A stretch of 64,000 nt of DNA from positions 1,488,001 through 1,552,000 of the forward strand of contig NW_026782282.1 of NCBI RefSeq assembly GCF_031769215.1, in the 5' to 3' direction. The notes under the pieces were generated by a model that saw only the letters and a program-made list of their open reading frames with translations, was not told the DNA's origin and made no database searches. How positions within the stretch are numbered: position 1 is the stretch's first letter; each line of letters opens with the position of its first letter. Shown here piece after piece: positions 12,606 to 24,685 of this stretch. The translations under genes and the position numbers were made by a program. Origin of the DNA: Ylistrum balloti. Its lineage: Eukaryota.

Positions 12606-15600
12606 GATACAAATACTTCACGAAAGATACACAAACGAATGTCCTCTTTTGATTGAAATTTAGAGCTAGATACAGTACAGCGATGCAAAGGGCCTACATT
12701 TTGGAGTCTAGGAGGCGATTGAGAAGTGAAGTAAAATCAAAATCTGGATCGAGAGATGCACTAGTTCTATGATTCAATAATTTTGGAAAATTTTCTCATA
12801 ACTGATAATTTTGAAACAACGTCAAGCTAGTACATATGTTTGCTCTGAACCGTGTCATTATTCGCATGAATTAAAATGAGGCATACTGGTTATGGCAGAT
12901 TTCGGGCACTAAAAGACTATCAGCTGTAACTACCACCTCCAATCTCGAGATTTGTACTAAAGGCACACAAGGAAACTAAGCATAGAACAATAGAAACAAT
13001 ACGCGGCAAAACATCAAACAGAAACAACAGAAGACAAAACATCAAACAGCAACAGACAAAAAAATCAAGCTAAAAGGAGACAAAACGTCAAACAGAAACA
13101 ACAGGAGAAAAAACGTAAAACAAGAGGAATTAAAACAGACAAAAAACATCAACACATTGCTACCAGGTAAAATTATGTAGCATTGCAAACGAACTTAGAT
13201 ATCCTTCAAATCAATTATTCTTAATGCTACATAATTTCAATTTTAAAATTTTGATAACTGTATTAGGTTGCAAAACAATTTTATGTGTGTGATATAAAGT
13301 TACTTATGACAATGGAATTAGTCATTATTTGACCGTTGTCATCCACTATAACTTCGTGCCGGCAGTCTACTTAATACCAATAACAAAAGCAACCAGACGG
13401 ACACAACCGTAGACCCAATGTTCTTTCCCGTTGTGACCAGAAATGTGATAGTTTTGACAATAATTTACGAGAATCTTTATGAGATATAACAAGGCAGTCA
13501 TTATCACTGATTGTTACGCACAAAACAGGAAAACTACTAGTGCATTAGCATGCGTGACTATATATTGTTGAAGGCGTACTTCAAGCATCATAATTTTCTA
13601 TTTTTTATGATCGAAAGAGTCGCACTCGATTATCAGACCAACGAAATCGAATTTTCCCTTCAGAAGAAAGATGACGAAAAAAAACCGACTAGACGTTTCA
13701 TTAATGGTACACCCATCCTCCCTCCTCTACTGAATGAACTCGTCCTGAAGATTTCCATAATACCACCTTGCTTCGTTTATCCAATTGTTGTAGACAGCGT
13801 ACATGTCCTGACATTGGCACAGATGTAACAAATGCCATTTTCCGTGTGCCTGTGTTTGATTTAGAAATGAGAACTGGAATATCATTTAAGCAGCAAAGTG
13901 ATCTACCGAATCAGGCCAAGAAAGCTTAGATTTCCCGCGTCAATTTAAAAAATATTAGGACATACATTCAATTTCTCTCAGAACACATTAATGACATGAT
14001 AATTTCAACTCTAATTTTAAATACAGGTATCTTTTCTAACGGGAAAATGCAAACTGGCGCGTCAATTTTAAAACGGATTAACCTGAAGATATATGATAGT
14101 AGAATTCAAAAAAATTAGTCTATATGAGGTAAATATGAGAATATCACCTTTCAATACATTTTCAAAGAAAGTGTAGCACAGTCGAACCATGAATCAGTGA
14201 TTCTGGGGGTCTGAAGTGTTGAAATGACAGGCGATTGAGGAGGATAAAAAATTGTCGAAATGTTGATGGGCATATCCCATACACCCATAAATCAATCAAT
14301 ATAATAGTTTTCAAACATTATTCAAATACTTTTTAAAAATAAGTTGATATGTGGCATGCGGGCTATGGTAAATCTCGGTGATTACAGTCCACTAGAGTCT
14401 GTCACCTGTAATTAAAAACATTACGTCTTTTGTTGGATAAAAGTTGAAGCACTTCAAACTGATAAATAGCAAGGAAAATATATATATATTTAAGACCCTC
14501 AACTGAAATGGGGGACTGATTATGTTTGCCCTATTTCTCATTATTATCATTAAGCAATCCCAACGAAGTCAGCGGGATTTATCTTTATTTCTTTATATCT
14601 TATGTCAAGTTGTGCTTCTTACTGCTTTTTCACGGATTCAATTTCCAAGATGGGCGCCATAGGACGGGGAGTGGGGCTCGCAATTGTAATTCTAGTTATT
14701 ATTAATGAAAGATAAACGTTGATAAGTAAATACGTAGTCGTGTATTTAAGATACAGCTGTGTCTCAGAAAAGATAATGTTTATAGTATGCTGATATTGGC
14801 CGAGGGGTCGGACGAAAAGTGAAACAGCCATCAGGGTAAAAAATTCGTTGTATGTAATTTGGTATTCACCAGATTTATAGCAAAAATATTAAACTCGAGG
14901 AAAAATAGGAAAATAAATAGGAAACAAACTAAAAAAATGTATAAGTAAAAAGTGTACCAGCTGAGCTTCGAACCCAAAGCCATAAGTGACTTCTTGTTTA
15001 AAGTTATGTAGCTACGGTATCGTAAATTTATTGACTATTTGTTCCACAATAGTGCATTAGCAGCTTACCTATACTTAATCTGGCAGCAGGTTGATAGTTA
15101 AGGAAAAAGTAGCCGATAAACTTCCGAGTTATTACGTTACGTTGTAATGGCATGAGCAATTTTGGGGACTCGTTTAACGGTATCCGTTACAATTAAAACT
15201 TAATTCATTCTTCACGGTGGTTTTTTCCCGCAGCCGTTGCATGAATGTTGATTTTAACTACCTTTGAGTCACTGGTAATGTTTATGGTCGCTGTGTAAAT
15301 GGTGTTTTATATGGTCGCTGTATCTGTGATGTTGTACAAACTCAGAAACTTTCTTTTTTTTATCTGAATCCATTATACGTCATAGCCAAGAACATAAATC
15401 CTTGTAAACTAAAACGGTATGGATTTTGGCTCCTCAGGCTTAGTGTTTTCAAGTTACTTCCCAAAGATAGCCTTTTGTGGGTATCAGTTACATATACCAC
15501 AACATGGCAGTGACTAAACGATACATATTTAGGGTGTACACAAGGCAGAGTTAATCGATCTATTCACTGCATGTTTACTTATGGTTCATAATCCCTATAA

Positions 15601-15644
15601 GTGTTATTAGTTGAGGTCATGCATTGAATAAAAACTATTTGAGA

Positions 15645-15716
15645 GAGGGGGGGCGAGGAGAGAGAGAGAGAGATAGGGGAGAGAGCGAGAGAGAGAGAGG
15701 GCGAGAGAGAGAGGGG
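15645..15716. repeat. GA-rich microsatellite abutting an assembly gap
   Basis: Read directly. Confidence 0.9.
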
Positions 15717-16046
15717 NNNNNNNNNNNNNNNNNNNNNNNNNNNNNNNNNNNNNNNNNNNNNNNNNNNNNNNNNNNNNNNNNNNNNNNNNNNNNNNNNNNN
15801 NNNNNNNNNNNNNNNNNNNNNNNNNNNNNNNNNNNNNNNNNNNNNNNNNNNNNNNNNNNNNNNNNNNNNNNNNNNNNNNNNNNNNNNNNNNNNNNNNNNN
15901 NNNNNNNNNNNNNNNNNNNNNNNNNNNNNNNNNNNNNNNNNNNNNNNNNNNNNNNNNNNNNNNNNNNNNNNNNNNNNNNNNNNNNNNNNNNNNNNNNNNN
16001 NNNNNNNNNNNNNNNNNNNNNNNNNNNNNNNNNNNNNNNNNNNNNN
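15717..16046. other. Assembly gap (N run)
   Basis: Run of n. Other gaps: 27728-27859, 27889-28137, 28518-28700, 60303-60721, 63207-63350. Confidence 0.99.
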
Positions 16047-18182
16047 TTGTTTGACGACTCGATTTTTCACTTTAAACACGAAAAAAAGCTGAAAAACAAT
16101 ATCATTTGAATTAATACTTCTGAGCTACTCTTTTTTATGAACAACGTTTCTCATGGCTGAATATATTTATATATATATCACTTTTCTGATTTTCAACGAA
16201 TACAAAATGTGATCAATTTAAAAGAATACTTTAAAGTATAAAATATCGCAACAATTTCAGGTGAAGGGAGAAGAACAAGAAGACTAATGAGGGGAGACTT
16301 ATAATGTCATTATCTGAACTATAACAACCCCATGTTATCAATATGTAGTAAACAATTTTTAGAAGAGTTTCAATTTATTATGAAATATAAATCTAACAAG
16401 TGGCTCGGTAAGATTAAACATTCTAGGATTCGTTTTATGAACCTATATCGACCGACAAGGGACATCTTACACTCCCGTTTAAAGATAATTAAGGGTCGCT
16501 GAACATCTGAAAGCATTACCTACGATTTGTAAATTTTGTTTTGCATATAAGTTTTAAGAAATTTGATGTCTTTAGAAAGAGATTAAAAAAAACAAGTAAT
16601 CGAAATTCGATTAATTTACAACACATTCTTGTCTCCGATATTTCCATTCCAAACCTCAGTTCTGTAACTGAAGTTATTTTTTCCGTGATGAAATTTGTAA
16701 TCAAAAATAGATAATTTTTAATAGAAATAAACGAGAACGCCATCTTGTGACAGACGTGTTTGTTGAAATTATCCTTGATAATGGAAATAAATCGCTTCTC
16801 GCCGCAACACATATCATATTTAAACTTTATACAAGCATTGTTCACCGACAAACGTTTCCGATTAAAATATCTGACAAACACAAATGTTTCTATGAATTTC
16901 AATTCATTATTCAACCGTTATTTCAAAATTTCTGTTGTAAATGAATAAATAAATATCCACATATGACTGTGAATATGTGAAATGTAACTCGGGTTTGGCT
17001 TGTCATTTAATAGATTGCAAAATAATATATTTCATAAAAGACAAATCTCATTATCCTCAGAAATTTTACATGTGATCACTCCGTAATCTTAAACCTCTGT
17101 GCCATTTCTTCCCGCAGTGTTGTATTACTCAGCCTCTGTTGTAGGTCTCGTTTTAATGTGGCAATCGAATTATTTATAGATTCGGTGAAGACATTATCAT
17201 TTCAACAAGTTTTCTAAGTATTCATTTTAGTAATTGGAAGTCTTGTATTTTATTGCTATTCAAAAAGGTTTTCGCAATTGTAAATCTTGTCCCCGTGGGA
17301 CCTATAAATCGCCTTCGAACCTTTTACCACGCTCACAACAAACCACAGTGTCTGGGACTCAAACCCGGTCCCATGGGACATGCGCACATCTACTTTATCT
17401 CTATAACACATACTTCATCCCAGTTCTCCTTGATTCCCATGGCTACTCTCTTATTGCCCTGAAACGTCCATCTCGGCCTCTTGGAGTCCTCGGCCCAACC
17501 TTTCTCACGATTGGTTCTCGTTTTCTTTACTTCTAACTATTTTTAATTTTCGATTTAATCCAGGTCATTGCTTTCTTAGTACATTAACACCCCTGTCATT
17601 AGATAATGCAATAGTGATTTATGAATCCTAGTAACGAATAGTGACATGTGTAAATTGAAACGAAATATAGATAACATCAACGGGAAAACGTACATGAAAA
17701 GATTGTATGCGGTCTTGCAGTAGAATTTGGGTTGATCACAGAACTGGGGATATAACGGGAGAGTACATAAAACATTTATCATTATACTGTTTCTAAAATT
17801 TATTCCATATAAACATCAATGGAATGATGATATCAGAACGAGACTATCAAACGAATTAAAGATTGTTGCCATCAGATGAGGACTACAATGTTATAAATCA
17901 AAAATGATGAAGAACATGAAGATTCTGAAGTATGTATAGTTTGGCGGGAAAGAGTATTCTATTATGATATGCTCTGCTTTGGTAGCGGATTTTTATCATC
18001 GCTATAAATGTTATAGCAGAACTGTTACATATTCCCTAGGTATACAGGGAGTGTATACAACGATTATCCATTACGTAGTATAGATTTTATTATAAAATAG
18101 GACGGAACAAAAGACACACACGAGTAAAACATTTCAAGACAAATTTAGAATTAGATGCATTGAGCTGAATAATGAATTAAAC

Positions 18183-18626
18183 TGCATCATACAGCTATTT
18201 CGTCCTTCTAGGACCCGTCAGTGATGTTACATCATACAGCTGTTTCGTCCTTCTAGGACCCGTCAGTGATGTTACATCATACAGCTGTTTCGTCCTTCTA
18301 GGACTCGTCAATGATGCTACATCATACAGCTGTTTCGTCTTTCTAGGACCCGTCAGTGATGTTACATCATACAGCTATTTCGTCCTTCTAGGACTCGTCA
18401 ATGATGCTACATCATACAGCTATTTCGTCCTTCTAGGACCCGTCAGTGATGTTACATCATACAGCTGTTTCGTCCTTCTAGGACCCGTCAGTGATGTTAC
18501 ATCATACAGCTGTTTCGTCCTTCTAGGATTCGTCAGTGATGTTACATCATACAGCTGTTTCGTCTTTCTATGACGCGTCAGTGATGTTACATCATACAGC
18601 TATTTCGTCCTTCTAGGACTTGTCAG
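18183..18626 (-). repeat. 45-bp minisatellite array A (~10 units), inverted relative to arrays B and C
   Basis: Reverse complement of unit gaaggacgaaacagctgtatgatgtaacatcactgacgagtccta. Confidence 0.96.
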
Positions 18627-19429
18627 CGGCACTAAGGCCCTAAGGAAGTGAAACCTGGTGAGCTACAGAAGAGGATCGTAGTCTGTGATAGTGGCAGAAT
18701 AGGACCGTGTGTATTTTAGGCAGCAAAGCCACGAATGTCGGCAGGCACACAGTGTGTATAGCAGAGAGCGGTGTTGTACTGTAGCTTAGTGTACATGTAC
18801 AGCGCGAGCGTGTAGTATACTGCAGTATTGGCCAAAATTGTAGTTTGGTTATCGAAAACGATTTTAAACTTACAGTTAACTTTTTATATTCTGTTTGTAA
18901 TAACATGCTTATATCAATACTAAGTTGATACATCATTCATTTTATCTACTTTGGTTATTATTGATAAAAAAGGAACTCACAAAATGACTTTCCTGAGTAT
19001 ATATATGTACATAACATCTCAGACATCTACAAGGTGATCATTTTAAAAGGTTTTAAGGGGAAACAAAAAAATACAGTTATTGAAAAAGGATTTGCATTAT
19101 TTACCAAGCCGTTATGGAAAGATAAGATTATAATATCTTGTAATTCGCTCGTATGAAAGCTTGTCATTGCCAAGAAATAACATTATGTTAAGTTGTTCAT
19201 TTCAACTGTACAAATCGTCACGTTCTTACCAAAACCCGGAAGCAAAAACATAGTTTATTAAATGGGCCTTGGGTTTCTATATTTATCTTATTTTAAAATT
19301 CATTTTTTTTCTTTTATTTTATCGACAAATATTCGAATTAGCAGGTCGGGGCATAAATCTTTATTTCGACTCATTTTGATTTTTCACAGTCGCCTCTAAG
19401 ATTTCATTACTTTAGGTCTCTAATACCAA

Positions 19430-20186
19430 TGACGAGTCCTAGAAGGACGAAACAGCTGTATGATGCAGCATCACTGACGAGAACTAGAAGGACGAAATAG
19501 CTGTATGATGTAGCATCACTGACGAGTCCTACAAGAACGAAACAGCTGTATGATGCAGCACCACTGACGAGAACTAGAAGGACGAAACAGCCGTAACATG
19601 TAGTACCACTAATGAACCGTAAAAGGACGAAACAGCTGTATGATGTAACATCACTGACGAGTCCTAGAAAGACGAAACAGCTGTATGATGTAACATCACT
19701 GACGAGTCCTAGAAGGACGAAACAGCTGTATGATGCAACATCACTGACGGGTCCTAGAAGGACGAAACAGCTGTATGATGTAACATCACTGACGAGTCCT
19801 AGAAGGACGAAACAGCTGTATGATGTAACATCACTGACGGGTCCTAGAAGGACGAAACAGCTGTATGATGTAGCATCATTGACGAGTTCTAGAAGGACGA
19901 AACAGCTGTATGATGTAACATCACTGACGGGTCCTAGAAGGACGAAACAGCTGTATGATGTAACATCACTGACGGGTCCTAGAAGGACGAAACAGCTGTA
20001 TGATGTAACATCACTGACGAGTCCTAGAAGGACGAAACAGCTGTATGATGTAACATCACTGACGAGTCCTAGAAGGACGAAACAGCTGTATGATGTAACA
20101 TCACTGACGGGTCCTAGAAGGACGAAACAGCTGTATGATGTAACATCACTGACGGGTCCTAAAAGGACGAAACAGCTGTATCATGT
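19430..20186 (+). repeat. 45-bp minisatellite array B (~17 units)
   Basis: Unit gaaggacgaaacagctgtatgatgtaacatcactgacg(a/g)gtccta; explains ORF 19612-20211. Confidence 0.97.
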
Positions 20187-21750
20187 GCGTTACTTCATTA
20201 TTTGTCTCTAGTCTAATTCTAAAATTATATTGAAAGGTGCTATTCACTTGTGTGTCTTTTGTACAAGCATTCGTCAAAGTACAGATATACAATACAGAAT
20301 CATTATGGATGATCAATAATTAATATGAATGGGATCTGACACATCATATTGTCTACCACTAACAAATTTACAATCATTTATAGACATTTCAACTGTGTCA
20401 CTTAAATTGCACAAGATGAAAATGTCTTGGAACATACACACACCGTATAAAATGTCCTTGTATTGATGGGAAACGATGCAAACCAGTCTGATGGGAGACG
20501 TAGAAAAATAATTTTCAGGAACAGGGCAAATAGGCAATGAAATTACGTCAGAAATACATTACAAATGTATATATTTCTTATAAATATTTAAACGAATCGC
20601 TTTTTCATTTAGATCTGGTATCCTATTATCGATAGCATGCATTATCATCAATAGTTCCCATTGGATCAATTAATATGCCATTATTGATAGTGTAATGCTT
20701 TTAGAAGACAACGCGTCTTTCTAAATCGACAGCGAATTATATTTTCGTATAAAATGTCAGTCGTTTTAACATGTTCGTTCAGTGTTTTATCTAATCAAAT
20801 CAGCCGTGGTATCTGGAGATTGTTTCCAATGATGGGCGTACCTATAGCGCCACTGCGCTGAAGCGGCACTATCTCGATACGACAGCTGAACAGTGCACTC
20901 GGTCAAGTTATACTGACAATGTGTTAAAATATCTGTCAGGATACATACTCACACCTCTGTTAATCTGTCAAATGTTTTTTGTAGATTGTTTAAGCTGTCA
21001 TATGACTTTTTTCACTCTAGAAGATTATTCAGGTAACATTTCAAAAATCAAAAGAAAGATTCTCTTTTTTAAAAAGTTGACTTTTATCACTTTGAATAAC
21101 AAATGCATTAGTATGCCTCCAACAAGCCAAAGTGAAATTATAGTTTACCAGCTTATAAGGTATAAAATATATAAATACCTTCAACGATTAGATAATTACG
21201 AATAAACAAAAATCTGACATCATTTGGTTTGAAAGTGGATCCGTCATATTCAACATGAATTATATTTCTCCTGCATGTAGACAGTAAAATGGTATACTAC
21301 TCTGCATTTGAACGTGTGGACCTCTTGGCAATGAGAAGTCGCTCTTTGCCATTTTTTTTTTTTAATTTAATTTAAATGTCTGATTTACAAAAAAAGCCCG
21401 GGAAGCTAAAACAACAAGAGCCATTCGCCAACTGATCATTTGAGCAAATCCTATATTCCTACTCCCCACCAAGCTACATGTAACGGCAGTATGTTATAAT
21501 TCGGAGCCTTATAAATCGCTAGAAATTGGTTCAACATATTTCATCCAAACGACATCTAGACAAAGACGAAAACAATTTTTGAACAAACCAGAAAGTTATC
21601 TTGCCCAGCAAGATTACGTAGCAAAATCTACACATCGGACCTTATAAACAGTTTATATTGAATCAAATAAAAAAAAAACAGCATTATAGAAATACATCAT
21701 GTCTATTCCATGTATATCTTTTACGTCTGAGCTCAGAAGACAGTAAATTT

Positions 21751-21946
21751 TCCTATAAACCGATATATTTCCACTCGGGTTATTTTCGCCCCGGTACCGT
21801 TATACAAGAATTAGCCCCGTGTTGATTTCTTTCTCTGGGTTTGTTTAAATGTAACAAATTGTTTCCATCGTGTTGAATTCGCCCTTCCAGTTCATAGAAG
21901 AAAACGGCGAAAATTAAACGGAGCGAAAATTTCCCGGTCTGCAGTA
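21751..21946. mobile_element. Degenerate MITE with ~40-bp imperfect TIRs
   Basis: Left tcctataaaccgatatatttccactcgggttattttcgcc vs reverse complement of right end tactgcagaccgggaaattttcgctccgtttaattttcgcc; TA follows the right end. Confidence 0.55.
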
Positions 21947-22169
21947 TATATAAAAACTAGCGATGAATGGAGACTGATAAAATCTAGATCACGGTTTATT
22001 ATGTGTCGAAGTTCTCAAGCCCAGGAACCTTCACTGTGATCTGATTTTATTAAGTTCTATATATGATATAACAGCAGTAGTGATTAAGATAGAAAATAAA
22101 TTATTAAAAAGAGTTCGGAATATTTTAGCAGTAAGGCAACACACATTCCTCATTTCAGTTTATCAACAT

Positions 22170-22500
22170 CTCCACGAATTATCAGCTCAATGGCACCGCT
22201 GGAACTTGAGAAATTTAAAATGTGATTTTCAAGATGGTGGTCATGGTGGCCACATTGTATTTCGGGCTGACCTCAAATATAAAAACACCTCGACAGAACT
22301 ATCTCAGGATCACTTCAGACAAATTTAAGCTGAAACCAAACAATGGAACTTGATGAGAAGAAGATTGAAATATGTGTTGTTCAAGGAAAGCATGACAGCG
22401 CAATCATTTTTTGAAAATGGCTACCACATTAAAATTCCGACCAAGCCGAAAAAATAGCAACACAACAAATCTTTTACCAGATTACAGGTCGGTATTTAAC
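22170..22500. repeat. Degenerate interspersed repeat of the caagatggcggccat type
   Basis: ttttcaagatggtggtcatggtggccacattgtatttcgg and aaaatggctaccacatt resemble repeats recalled from bivalve Helentron-associated elements; related words near 29520-29660. Family assignment is from memory. Confidence 0.4.
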
Positions 22501-23459
22501 TTCTTTTGACGGCGAAAAACTAAAATATAGAAATGTTTTCACTATATGACGAACAGTAAGCAACGTTCAAAATCGAATAATATATAGCAAACGTCCAAAG
22601 GACCTAAAACGATCATAAATCTAGAATTTTTTATTCGACCAACCACAGACAACGTCTTAAAAGACGCCTTATGTGATTGGATAATCAAAAATTTGTGACT
22701 AAATAGAAAAATGTAGTTACTGTAAAGATCGTTATTTTCAATGAGTTTTATTTCCGCCATTTTCGATGGCGGGATTAAAACGCGATGAATAGTAACCCTG
22801 AAAATAAAATTAATTAGGATAACAATATGCCATTACATGACATTTGCACTTTAAATGATATTGTGTATATCACCACATCTTTATATACTAAACGAAATAT
22901 TTTACAGTTAGTTACAAATGTATACTTCTAAAAAGAAATTTTTCATTTGTCATCGACAGAACCGGGCTTCAATCATTCTCGTATCGCTCGACATATTAGC
23001 TCCCTTAGAAATGTCGACAGGACAGAAAGATTTCCTTCTTTTCTAACGGCGGAAACAAATAAAGCTACAACGGTACATTATCGAACAATCTTAATTGGTA
23101 TGTATTGACTTTGTGTTAGGCAAATGTTGTAAAAACTATGAGAAATGCGACAGTGATCAATGTTAACAGGCGTTTGTTGGTTATGTGTTGATAATGGGTT
23201 CTTCTTGTTTTCATTGTTTGTTTTATATGCTGTCAAGACACATTAAAAGCAACCGCAGCTATGTCGTATTTACTAAGCTAGCGGCGGCACCCACCCACTG
23301 CGCATGTCCGTCTTACTGACTGCTTCCTCTTTCTCTGAAATGATATCTACAAATCATCCGGACGTCGGCTAGACTTAACCAAAACAGAAGGTTTGGCAAT
23401 CTAAATAAATCGAGAGGGCTGTTTACCATAGATAGTTATCAGATGGCATTCATTGAATG

Positions 23460-23760
23460 AATTAGACAAATGTTTTACATTCTATATCGTGTTTTTGCCT
23501 GTTGGTTCCGTTAGAATGACATTACTTACTTGGATTGACCAAGGTTTACATGGGGGTGTCGTCGATGAAGCAGAAGACGCTTGTTTTTCCGGAACACTTG
23601 GTCTTAGTCCCCTTGTGCTTTTTCATGAGTCTCCGTGTAAATCTTTCTTTTTCTAGTATTTTGCTTTAGTTTTATTGAATTTGAGTTTGGATTACGATTA
23701 TGTTGACATATTAGTATTTTCTCGTTGTTTTCTGATATTTTTATGAAATAAATTGCAAAA
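23460..23760 (+). repeat. Dispersed retroelement 3'-end repeat (best-preserved copy)
   Basis: gacattacttacttggattgaccaaggtttacatggggg...gtcgatgaagcagaagacgctt...ccggaacac; aligns with the reverse complements of 31540-31730 and 46310-46530. Confidence 0.8.
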
Positions 23761-24619
23761 TAACCACATGTAACCCTTAGAAACAACCTTTACGTAAAGG
23801 GGAACTCAACCTTTAATATGTCTTAATATACAACCACTTAGTAGAGTAAAAGCCTTATATCATCCCCTTTGATTAAATAACCGACAAAAAATGCGTTTTT
23901 TATTTTTTGGGTTTTTTTTTTTTTTACATAACATCAAAACAGCTTTAACATAGACAACTTGCAGGGCTTTAAAATTTTTATAGACCAGCATCTAATATAT
24001 TGTAATGAATATAGACAGATTAACCAAAAGTAACTGATAATATCAATATTAGAAAGTCACACATAAGTGGACCAACCGGGTAACTTATTTAAAACAGAGA
24101 CGAAAGAGTCATTATTTAGAAGGAATTTCATGCAATTTTTTCAAACCATGTGTCATTAATATCTTTACCACACACCGAAATTATACAATTAAACATATGA
24201 CGGTATGAGTTTGTGAAATGCAAACCGACAACAATGATTTTTTTTTTTTTATTGTTTTATTTTCATTCATGGTTAATCTTTCATCTTGCAAGGTGAAATG
24301 TGTTTCTTTAATCAACAAGTAAAAAAACTAGTTATTTTGTTTAGAAACAGAATTACATAAGGGATTCTGAGACCAGTGGAGAAAGTTCAGTCACTATAGA
24401 GCCTTTCTGGTGATTCAGAGCAATACTCTTGATCAAGTATTCAAAAGCTTCAATACAATTAAACTATATGACAAAAATTAAACCTGAATAAAGTACTATC
24501 ATATAATGCTTGTTTTCTGTATTTCTTTTTCTCATATGTTCTAAAACCCAGAAAATTTCTGAAAACCTTTACTATAAAAAAAGAAATTGATAAAATGATT
24601 GCAAAATTAAGAATCGATA

Positions 24620-24685
24620 ATCCAAGTAACTAATGTAACGTTCCCAAAATGAGAACAAGGTTAACAACGGAACCAACAACTTTTT
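24620..24685 (-). repeat. Short fragment of the same dispersed repeat
   Basis: tccaagtaactaatgtaacgttcccaaaatgagaacaagg matches 31620-31660 and 46467-46505. Confidence 0.65.

Noticed and set aside
11522-12688. Three overlapping 334-388-aa Cys/hydrophobic ORFs
   Set aside because: All three frames are open only because the 22-bp repeat lacks stop triplets on that strand.
17330-17420. tRNA-like B-box (reverse of gggactcaaacccgg); similar word near 14965
   Set aside because: No cloverleaf can be built; at most a SINE-head remnant, not a tRNA gene.
19612-20211. 199-aa ORF of RRTKQLYDVTSLT(S/G)P repeats, and similar ORFs at 34443-35164
   Set aside because: Translation of the 45-bp satellite; array C has 44/46-bp variants that break the frame.
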